A stretch of 64,000 bases of DNA from Eledone cirrhosa. Taxonomy: Eukaryota. The stretch covers positions 392,894,001 to 392,958,000 of the forward strand of contig OZ024741.1 in the NCBI GenBank assembly GCA_964016885.1, in the 5' to 3' direction. Numbering within the stretch: the first letter of the stretch is position 1; each line of letters begins with the position of its first letter. The notes beneath the pieces are model-generated. The model made no database searches, was not told the DNA's origin, and saw only the letters and a list, made by a program, of their open reading frames with translations. The translations under genes were made by a program, and so were the position numbers. Positions 1 through 10,311 of this stretch are shown one piece after another.

Positions 1-554
1 GATGGCCGTAGTGAGCGGTGGCGGTGAAGGTGAAAATGCTGTTGTGTTTAGTGTACACAGATGATGGGGTGGGTGGTGTATCTAGTTTCTGGTGTTGGTG
101 AGTTTCGCTGTCCTATATAGTGTAGCCAGAGGAGAGGAGGGGGGGGGGGGTTCTTCTTCTTCCATTTATAGCCATTTTATTTTTTTTGGGATATACAGTG
201 TACAATACAAAGTTGAATATTTGAATATTTGAGCCGTATTACTGTAGTGATGGTGCTGTAGCGGTGGCAGCAGCAGTGAAGGAGTCAAGGGGTGGTGGCG
301 GCGGTGATGGGATAGTGGTGGTAATGATGGCCGTAGTGAGCGGTGGCGGTGAAGGTGAAAATGCTGTTGTGTTTAGTGTACACAGATGATGGGGTGGGTG
401 GTGTATCTAGTTTCTGGTGTTGGTGAGTTTAGCTGTCCTATATAGTGTAGCCAGAGGAGAGGAGGGGGGGGGGTTCTTCTTCTTCCATTTATAGCCATTT
501 TTTTTTTGGATATACAGTGTACAATACAAAGTTGAATATTTGAATAATTGAGCC
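1..554. repeat. Direct duplication of ~230 bp (1-235 and 326-554) within a retroelement 5' leader
   Basis: GATGGCCGTAGTGAGCGGTGGCGG...CAAAGTTGAATATTTGAATA occurs twice, near-identical, offset 325 bp. Confidence 0.9.
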
Positions 555-720
555 TTATAACAATATATTTTGGGTCCGAATTTTTTTGGGGCTCAAGCCG
601 GGTGCTTTACGTAGCATTTGTACTAAGAGTTGTTATTTCACAAATGATTTAAATATGTTAAAAATTCAAAACTTACGGGAGCGATTTCATGACCTCCGTC
701 ACCTCGTGCGTCTTCTTCCC

Positions 721-721
<1 letters not shown>
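1..721 (-). mobile_element. 5' leader/terminus of a retroelement that continues off the left edge of the window
   Basis: Same layout as 5100-5683: GGT-rich tract, GCCATTTT...AATATT..GAGCC, identical AAACTTACGGGAGCGATT (669-686 vs 5630-5647), then CGTGCGT..CTTCCCT abutting (ATT)n. Confidence 0.6.

Positions 722-813
<92 letters not shown>
722..813. repeat. (ATT)n microsatellite, 3' tail/target of R4 copy A1
   Basis: About 30 perfect ATT units. Confidence 0.98.
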
Positions 814-890
814 GTTCTTTGAGTCTCTGTCATTGATGTTATTTAACTGGAAAGTTTGTTGAAATGAATATCAAGCCACTACCTGCAGCC

Positions 891-3800
891 TCAGATATTC
901 AGGACGTATCAGAGGGTTCTTGCTGTTCCCAGCAAGCATGCCTTTTGAAGTGTTCCAAAAAGCGGGGATGGACTAACTTTCTTTAACCATCCTTGGAAAC
1001 TCTTTGAGCTAGTACCTAGTGCGCCTATGACAATCGGGACCACTTTGACTTCATGGCAGTTCCAAATCCTTTTTACCTCCCACTTTAAGTCCTGGAATCG
1101 GTTAATTTTCGCCCTCTCCTTCTCTTGCACTCTCGTGTCGAATGGGCTGGCTACATCTACAATGAGGCACGATGTTTTTTCCTTGTCCAAAACACCAGGT
1201 CAGGTCTATTGGGTCCGTCTGTATCCTAAAATACCACAGCACCTTCACCTGATCGTTTTCTATCACCGACTCTGGCTTATGCTCATACTACTTCTCAGAA
1301 TGTCGTAAATTGTTTACTTTGCATAGGTGCCAGTGGATCACCCTGCCCATCACATCATATCTCCAGCCTTTATAGTGAGTCTGGGCTAGGTGTTTACACT
1401 CGGATACAATGTGAGCCACAGTCTCCTCTCTCTCTCCACAGATCCTACACAGTGGGCTAGCCTCCTCCTTGTATATGTGGTGTTTCACCCACTTCGTTTT
1501 GAGGGCCTGCTCTTGCGCAGCCATTAGCATTCCTTCTGTAGCCGTTTTAAGGTCTCCTCTTTTCAACCAGTTCCATGTCTGTGGATCTCTAAGTTCAGTT
1601 TTCTCAAAGAAGATACTATGAAGGGATTTTTCCTGAAGGCTGCTCTTTTTCCTTGTTGTTATTTCCTCCTTGGACATCCCCTGGTCTATTGTTCTCGCCT
1701 TCAGTACAATTCTGAGCATTGGCTCCTTACTATCAGTCACGTATTGGTGTAGGTTGTTTTTCTCCATCTGAACATAGTCCTCTTTGCTGATAAGACCTCT
1801 TCCACCTTCAGATCTTCTTAAGTAGAGTCTATCGACATCACTCCTTTTGTGGAACATGTTGTAGATAGTCAATAGCTTCCTAGCCTTCCTATCCATTTCT
1901 TTTTGTTCAGCAACATTCCATTTCAGAATTCCCGCACTGTACCTAATAATAGACAGTGCTCGGGAATTTACTGCACTTATGGCATTCCTACTGTTCAGAT
2001 GTGACTTTAATACGCTCCTTACTCTCCGAATGTACTCAGATTTTATCAATTCCTTCATTTTTTTGTTCTTGATGTCATCTGCCTCCAGAACACCTAAATA
2101 TGTGTATCCTTCTTCAGTGTCAATTTCCTTTATTATCTCACCTGTTGGTACCTGGATTCCGTTGCTCCTGCTCAATTCACCCCTCTTCATCACCAGGACT
2201 CCACAATTACTAATGCCAAATTGCATACATATATCATTGCTGAAAATACGGACAGTGTCAACAAGCACATCCAACTCCTTCTCACTCTTCCCGAAGAGCT
2301 TAAGATCGTCCATGAAGAGGAGGTGATTGATGGTAAGCTCTCCTTTTCCCAACTTGTATCCTGCTCTCACTTTTCGCAGTATAATGGTCAGGGGTATCAG
2401 GGCAAGGACAAACAGCAGAGGGGACAAACTATCTCCCTGGAAGATACCTCTCTTGATCTTCACGCCTCCCAAGGATTCGCCACCCGATGTTAACTCTGTT
2501 TTCCAGGACTTCATACTTTTGCTCAACAACTGTCTGATGTTATCTGCCACCTTGAAGATCTCTAGGCTTTTGGTTATCCAAGAATGAGGTACCATGTCGA
2601 ATGCCTTTTTGTAATCTATCCATCCCATGGCAAGACCAGTGTGTCTCCTCTTGCAATTCCTCATTACCATCTTATCAATAAGTAACTGGTCCTTTGTACC
2701 ACGGGACTTCTTTCGGCATCCTTTCTGTTCGTCCGGTAACAAGTTGTTTATGTGGAGGTGATGGTAGATTTCCTCAGAAACAATGCTTGTTAAGAGTTTC
2801 CACATTACGGACAGACATGTGATAGGTCTATAGTTGGTATCATCATTACCCTTGATTCGGTCTTTCATTACCAGAACTGTGGTACCTTTTGTCAACCACT
2901 CTGGTACCTCACCTGACATCAAGCAGTCATTGAACATGGTTGTCAGTTTCGGGTGGAGGGATGTTATATTTTTAATCCAATACCCCTGCACACCATCTAA
3001 GCCTGGTGATTTCCAGTTGGTTAGTTTTTTGGCCTGCCCTTTAAGAGTTTCAACTGTGATACTCAAATCAGTTTGTTGGTGTGCCTGTTCACTTAATCTC
3101 CTTTTGAACTGTCTCAATCCACACTGCCTGATCATTATGTTCAACATCCTGCTCCTATGTTCCTCTCCAGAATGTCTTAGTCTGTTCCGCCTCAGGGATC
3201 AAGTTGTTGCCTCTTTCTTCCCTTCAAGCTGTCCAAACAACATCGTCTGGTTGTTGTCAAACATGACTGACTCTGCTCTCATATCGCCTAATCTTTGCAC
3301 TCTTTGCTACAATGCGTTGCTTCAGTTCCTCTATGATAATATTTAGCTTTTTCCTCCTAGTTTTGTACTTTATTTCCAGTCTATTTTTAGTGTCTATGTT
3401 TTGTAGTGTCCCATTCAGTAGGGACTCAAACTTTCCAATGTCATTTCTCATTTCCCTGATTTGACCATTCAGTCGTTTCTTCCACCAAGGTTCTGATCTT
3501 TCTTGTTTGTTGTTTCCTCTCGCTTTTATGCAAAGTAATTTCCTCACCGCATTTGCTGTTGCTTTGAGGATATTGTTGCATTGGTGAAGGTTCCTCGCCT
3601 CAAGGTATGGGATGACTTTGTTTACCTTAGCTGTTGTTTCTTTTAACTTTTTCCTGTCTACAAATCTTAGGTTCATAGGTTTCCCACTATCATTGTTCAT
3701 TACATCTATCACTAAGTTTAGGATATCAACCAAATCTTTTCCTAGCCCGTCAGCATTCATTTCCTCAATGGCCGTATCTTTGTTCCAGGTATTATTTATT

Positions 3801-4416
3801 TCAGCATTCTGAGTTCAAATCCCGCCGAGGTTAACTTTGCCTTTCATCCTTACGGGGTCGATAAAATAAAGTACCAGTAATACACTGGGTAATTGCTGGC
3901 CTTGTGCCTAACGTAGAAACAATTATTTATTTCAGCATTCAGATCAATGTCTGCTTCGGATGCTTCCTCCGTTCTCTCAACCTCTTCACCTTTATTTCCC
4001 ACTGGCTCGTTTGTCTGGCATACTCCACTCTCCATTTCCAATCTAATCTCTCTGCTCAGTTCCTCCAGTTCCAGCTCGCTTATCCACCCATTAGTTCTTA
4101 TTACCCGAGCCTGCCCGGCCAATTTTTGTTCATCTAATTTAAATAGACCAATCTCATTCCAGATGTTATGCATCCGTTTCCTATAACCTTTTTCCTTGGG
4201 GTTACTCTTCAGGTAACATTGAATAACAGTTCTATTCAATTCTTTCGTCCAGTTGGTTCTGGTCCCTTTCCTTCTTCTTCTTCCTCCAACACCAGCAGTA
4301 TTTGGATGACAGCCAGGTCCCTGCTGCTGGGCCAGGGAGCACCTGCTGGGTGAGAGTCTGTAACATAACGTTCCAGTCTCCTCTTCACCGTTATTCGAAC
4401 TGTTTAGGTTCGACAT
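891..4416 (-). pseudogene. Disrupted RT-RLE ORF of copy A1
   Basis: ORF pieces 3850-4416, 3257-3760, 1288-3147 and 909-1190 are colinear; broken by frameshifts, a stop and a SINE insertion. Confidence 0.9.
3810..3921 (+). mobile_element. 5'-truncated tRNA-derived SINE (ATT-tailed family) with 19-bp target-site duplication
   Basis: B box GAGTTCAAATCC, body GCCTTTCATCCTTACGGGGTCGATAAA; TSD ATTATTTATTTCAGCATTC at 3791-3809 and 3922-3940; empty site visible in copy A3 (~19436-19454). Confidence 0.92.
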
Positions 4417-4787
4417 TTAAACACTCATATCGAGGATTGGTGAATGTATGTTACATAACCCCCGATGATTTCATCACCCCCAGTGATTTGATCACCCCCG
4501 GTGATTTTAGCGTGGCACTATCACGCTGTAGACGAACATAAATAAATAAACAAATAAATAGATAAAAACTTTAAAAAATAAACATAAGTTTCATTGTAAT
4601 GTTTGAATGTCTGACTTAGTTTTTTCCTTTTTTTTTATTTTTCCTTTACGTTTTTCGTTTTTCAAGGCCAGTAGAATCGGTTACTAGTGTTGTTGCTTCT
4701 GTGCTGTTTTGATCTGATTTTAGCTTCGTGGGAAGTAGGGATTGTTGCGTTCAAAACTTTTGAAATTTGTTTCTATTGTTGCTTATC

Positions 4788-5065
4788 GTGGATTGGCAGT
4801 ATCGGTAGAGAGTCGGACGCCATGCTTTCCAGCATAGTTACGTCCCTTTACGATCTGAGTTCAAATCCCGCCGAGGTTGACTTTGCCTTTCATCTTTACG
4901 GGGTCGATAAAATAAAGTACCAGTAATGCACTGGGTAATTGCTGGCCTTGTGCCTAAAGTAGAAACAATTATTATTATTATATTATACGGGGGCGATAAA
5001 ACAAAGTACCAGCAATGCACTGGGCAATTGCTGGCCCTGTGCCAAAAAAAAGCAGAAACAATCAT
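4788..5065 (+). mobile_element. Full tRNA-derived SINE (4788-~4968) plus partial second copy (~4986-5065)
   Basis: A box TGGCAGTATCGG, B box GAGTTCAAATCC, end CCTTGTGCCTAAAGTAGAAACAATTATT; near-identical to 14641 and 39671 copies. Confidence 0.9.
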
Positions 5066-5705
5066 TATTATTATATTATAGTTTAGATTTGACATCATTT
5101 AAACCAAACATTTTGAGAGAGTTTAGAGGTACAATAGCAATAATGTTTTTGGTGTTGTTGCTGTTGACTGGGTCACCAAATCAGTCTATTTATATCTTTT
5201 GATACCTTTCTTGCTTCTATTCATGTTTAATGGGACTACTACCATCCCTCTCTTAACAGGAGGTGGTGAAAGAATAGCGGAGGTGGCGATGATGATGCAG
5301 TGATGGTGGTGGTGATGTGATAGTAGTACTGTAGTAAAGGTGTTGATGTAGCCGTTGGTTTTGGTTTGTTTGTTTGGCTGGCTAGATTTTTTGTGTGGTA
5401 GTGGTGATGGTGATGGTGGTGGCGGCGGTGGTGGTGTTGGTGGTGAAATTATTTGCCATTTTTCTTTTTTGGCTATAACATTTCTGATCCAAAATTAAAT
5501 ATTAAATATTGGAGCCCTATGCCATAATGTGATGCGTTGTCACTTCCTGAGAGTAAAAAACTGGTATCTTATGTTCCATTTGTAATAAGAATTATTCTAT
5601 CACAATTGTTTTAAATACGTAAAAATCAGAAACTTACGGGAGCGATTCCACAACACCCTATCCACCACGTGCGTATCTTCCCTCATTATTATTATTATTA
5701 TTATT

Positions 5706-8700
5706 ACAGGACAGGCGGCAAGCAGGAAGGATAGGTCCGTGGCACCCATACCCACCCCACCGAAATCAAGAACAGCAGCAGCAGTGGAAGTATTAACAAC
5801 AACAACAGTAATACCAAATGCAGCTGCAACAGAAACTCCAGTGCAAACATCACCAACAACAACAAGTGAAAGAGTGGAGCTGGTACCCCTCCCCGACCTC
5901 ACAGAATCAGACATGGAGTGTGAGGTGGGAGAGGGATGGCAAAAGGTCGTAAGAAGGCACAAACGCAGAAGCAGTGCATCGTCGCCTTCGAAAAGGGAGG
6001 GAAGATATGAAAAAAGGGTAAAGGCTACTGCAAAGAGACTCACAGCAGCAACACCATCAACACCATCACCACCCACACAAGCACTACCATCACCACCGTC
6101 GGCAACCCCACCGCCAACATCAACAACACCTTCAACACCACCACCACAAGCACCAACATCGCAAACACAACAAAACACACACACCCAGCAACAACGACAA
6201 GAAAATAGCAGAACCACACCCAACCCCCAGCAAAAGAAATGCACAGCAATAAATACACACAACAAGAAACTAATGACTTACATGATTGAACACAGACATT
6301 TCACAGCACGACTACATAATACCAGCACCAATCAAAACACCAACGAACATAAGACTGGTAAAAATATCACAGAAACAATGCACAAACATTAAAAAGAAAT
6401 TCCCCAACGCAGTTGGTGATTTCAGAGACCTAGGAGGAACTATCAACCGAAGAGTATATTCGGACATACTCATAGAAGAGGCGATGACCAGCCGAAGGGA
6501 CGATTCAACGGTCCCTTCACCAGACGATCAAGTGAAAAGGGATGTAAAAACCATCCCTCCTCTACGAAAAGTACGGTAAGTGGTCTTTCCCATCTTTTCC
6601 ACTCTATGTTAAACATGACCTCACTCAGAATAGGCAGCATAAATGCGCGTGGATTGGGGTCATCATGGAAGCAGGGTCACCTGCTCAACGACCTCAGGTC
6701 ACTAAACATAGATGTAGTGGCCATCAGCGAGACCAGAATCTCCGAAGCACGGGCCTTCGCACCGATCTTCGGCGGCTACGATGTGTACGCATCTCCCAGC
6801 CGTCCGGGATCGGGGGGAGGAGTTGCTGTGCTTTTTCGGAGAGGTTTGGATCTCGCCATACGGGCCATCTTCCTGGGCCCAGAGGGTAAGTTGGTGGTGC
6901 TGGACGTGACCAGCGGAGACGGGCAAGCTTTAAGGCTAGTGGCCGTCTATGCCCCAACAGGAGCAGGGCGGCCTGATTTCTTCCGGCGTCTGGAGACCTT
7001 TCTTGGAACACCCGCTCTTTAGTGTTAGTGGGCGACTGGAACGGGATCTTAGATGCACGCTGGGACTGTGTGGGATTAGTGGATAGGGGTGGAGGGTGCA
7101 AGAGCCTCACCAACCTGCTCAGGCGTTTAGAACTGTCTGACAGGTACCGATTGGATTTCCCGAATGTGCCAATGTGGACTTGGACAAATCGCATAGGGTC
7201 ATCCAGATCATATCTAGATAGAGTATTTTGTAGGGAAATAGATAGGTCTAGCATAGGCTGTCCACAATTCAAGATAGTCAGCTACACGGACCACAAATTC
7301 GTGATCTGTGTGCTTGACTTAGATAGGCTTCATAGACGAGGACCCGGCTACTGGAAGCTAAACGCGCCCTTACCAGCGCGCAAGGCCTACAGAGACCGGA
7401 TTAGCGAACTAGTTAAGCGGGCGTTGACGGGGGCCATCGTCAACAACAAGTGGTGGTTTGCTCTGAAAAGAGCGATTAGAATAAAATCGATTAGGTTTAG
7501 TAAGACTTTAGCAATAGAGAAAAATAGAGCAGAGGGAGAACTAGTTAGAAAATTAGACGAGGCACTTAGCAAAGGCATTGCGACCGACGTGCTTGCGGCG
7601 AAATTGGCCCTTGACCAATTCTTCAATGCAAAGCACGAAGGCTGCGTTGTCAGAGCAAGGGTGCGTGCTCTCAGACACGAGGGGACGAAAGCCGTTCAAT
7701 GGGCCCGAGTGGCGGAGGCGCGTCGTGGCAACAAAGCCACGATCCGGTCTTTGGTGGACCACGACGGGCGCATGCTACTCGATCCCGGGCAAATGTGTGA
7801 AGCTTTTCAGCGAGACTTCGCTCAGCTGTTCGGGGGCAGCGGTGGGCCGGGTCGAGGGATGGACTTTAGTGTCTACCTCGACGGACTGCCGCGGCTCTCG
7901 GCCACTGAGGCGAAGTGTTGCGAAAAGCCGATAACAGCCGCTGAAGTAAGGGAGGCAATGACTGGCTGCACAAGGGGTAAATCGCCTGGTTTGTATGGTC
8001 TGCCCTATGAACTTTACGTACAGATTCCAGACTTGTTCAGAGGCTTCTTGGCGGACGTCTACTGCAACTGGCAACATAACGGGAGAATTCCCAGTTCTGT
8101 GAGCCGAGGAGCGGTGGCACTGCTGAGAAAGGATCCTAACAAGGGGATAACATAGATAATTTCCGGCCCATAACTCTGCTAAACACAGAGTTCAAGATTT
8201 TGGCCAAGGTGCTAGCAAAGAGGTTGGCGCTTGTCGTTGTGGTCTGGTGGGAGAGGCACAGACATGCGCCATTCCCGACAGATCCATCCACGACAACCTC
8301 CACCTCATGCGATACATCGTAGAGAGGGTAGCTAGGGAACCTGGTACGGGTGGGTCCTTGAGCAATTTAGATCAGTCGAAAGCTTTCGATAGGGTCGACC
8401 ATCGTTACCTAGCGGCAGTCCTGAGGGCGGCTGGCTTTGGGCCCGTCTTCAGAGGCTGGATCGCAGCCATGCACAGCGACATCTGCTCTGTGGTGAGAGT
8501 GAACGGTCACCTGTCGGAACCGTTCAACATCATGCGCTCGGTCCGCCAAGGATGTCCCCTCTCGTCCTTCTTGTACGTATTGACTCTCGAGCCATTACTG
8601 CACAAACTGGAGACGTTGAGGGGCGTCCCGCGCGAACTAGGATGCGGAAGATCCGTGTCAGCATATGCGGACGATGTCACCGTAGTGGTGTCGAACGCCA

Positions 8701-10281
8701 AACACATCGAGGCGATCGGCACTACACTAAGAGAATACGAAGCGGTGACAGGAGCAATGATCAACCAGGAAAAGTCAGTGGGCCTGCAGCTCGGCACCTG
8801 GAGAGGCAGGTCTTTGCCGTCCAACAGCGTCGTCGGACGCTGAACAGACGGACCGGTTAATTTGCTAGGGGTCTGTTTCGGTCCGGACCTCCAGGCGGAC
8901 AAAAACTGGGACGAGGTGACGAGCAGGGTGGCTTCTCTCACCCAGAAATGGGCCGAGAGGAAGCTATCCTTGAAAGGTCGAGCGGAGGTGGCTAACGCGT
9001 ACATCGCGTCTGTCATCTGCTACCGCCTGACCGTCGTACCTTGTCCTAAGCCTCGCCTGACTGCGCTAGAGCGTTTGCTCTTTCGCTTTTTGTGGAAGGG
9101 ACGCGCTCCGATGGTCAGGCGGTCCATCTGTTGTCAACACCCGCTACGTGGAGGGCTGGGCATGCCGTGGCTGATGATGCGCAGGCACGCGCTCAGGCTA
9201 CGACATCTCCACCTCTTCCTCGACGGTGATCAGGTGTGGTCGCCGTTTGCTAGACACGTATTGCCCCAGCTCGTTTCCTTGACGGAGCTGCAGTCCTGGG
9301 TCAAGCGAAGACCGAGAGGGAGCGCTTGGAGACTGGAATGTCTTCAGGCGCTCACAGCCCTCGACCAATCGGGCAATGTGATCGGTGGAAACTCCACCTC
9401 GGCGTTCTATAGAGGATTAGTGGAGGGGAAGAGCGACGACGTACTTGGGGAAAATCTAGGCGTTGACGAAAATCAACTAGCCAATCTCTTCGGAAGAACT
9501 TTCGGGCCGGGGCCTATGGACAACTTCCAGAAATCTCTGGCCTAGCAGTGCTACTGAGGAGCCTTGCCAGTTCGGGATAAACTCTACAGGCATGGAGGTG
9601 CCGTCAGCCGGGCATGTCCGAGATGCGCGCAGGGCGACGAAACCGTCCTACACGCACTCGTCCAGTGTCCGAAAATTGCTGACTTGTGGGTTTATGTCGA
9701 ACACCTGCTGTCGCGTGTAGGACGGATCCAGCTATCATCTGAGTCCATCGTGAGGATTGCCCCGCCCTCCTCCTTTAGCCGGGAAGGGCAGGCAGTTCTT
9801 ATCTGTCTGGTGGCCATGGCGAAAGAGATAGTATGGTGGACACGTTTGAAAGGGCTGAAGACGAGCACTTACCTCTTCGGTGATGCTCTGATTAACTTTT
9901 TCAAATTTCATTTGAAAAGGAAAATCAGAATAGAGAGGGAAGTGCTCTCTTCCCAGCATTTTGTTGAAAGATGGGTGAGAGAAGCAAGAATGGCCCGAGT
10001 GAATGGGCCTACTCTAAGTATATATCTGTAAATTAAAGGTGCAAAACTGGGAAAGGGCACTTGTTTTGATGGTCAGGGTCACTGTGGCCTTTTACTGGGC
10101 TTTCTCCAAAAATATCCCTCCGAAGTCTCCCCCTATTGGAGAATTTTTCATTGTTATTTTTTTGTTACATCCTCTGTTTTTGTTTTTTACACGCAGAAAT
10201 GCCCATTTGTACCGTCCTGTATTGTCCTGCGCTGTCCTTAATGTCTACTTTATGTAAACCCTTGTGGTTAATAAAGAAATC
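5706..10281 (+). mobile_element. L1/Tx1-clade non-LTR retrotransposon copy T1 (5'-truncated in ORF1, decayed)
   Basis: P/T-rich ORF1 remnant 5739-6579; ORF2 from 6606 with APE (SINARGL, ISET, VYAP, GDWN, SYLDRVF, TDHK), RT (DQSKAFDRV, RQGCPLS, AYADDV) and CPRC..ETVLHALVQC; AATAAA then (ATT)n tail. Confidence 0.92.
6606..10031 (+). pseudogene. ORF2 (APE-RT-CCHC) of T1 with frameshifts and stops
   Basis: ORF pieces 6606-7022, 7022-8155, 8247-8843, 8862-9545 and 9564-10031 are colinear. Confidence 0.9.
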
Positions 10282-10311
10282 ATTATTATTATCATTATTA
10301 TTATTATTATT

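Larger units (their letters stand above)
814..5683 (-). mobile_element. R4/Dong-type RLE non-LTR retrotransposon, family A, copy A1 (apparently full length, decayed)
   Basis: Single disrupted ORF 4416->891 with RT motifs (NYRPITCL, WIDYKKAFD, GIFQGDSLSPLLF, HLLFMDDLKL), CCHC knuckle (CRICG..ETVAHIVSEC) and RLE end (LIVDVA.PFD, VVPIVIGALG); flanked by (ATT)n at both ends. Confidence 0.9.

Noticed and set aside
586-822. Poly-Ile ORF and similar IY/CV/MYVC/poly-Arg ORFs throughout the window
   Set aside because: Translations of (ATT)n, (TA)n, (TG)n, (TATG)n and (GAA)n microsatellites
4788-4875. tRNA gene suggested by A and B boxes
   Set aside because: No cloverleaf; it is the head of a multi-copy SINE
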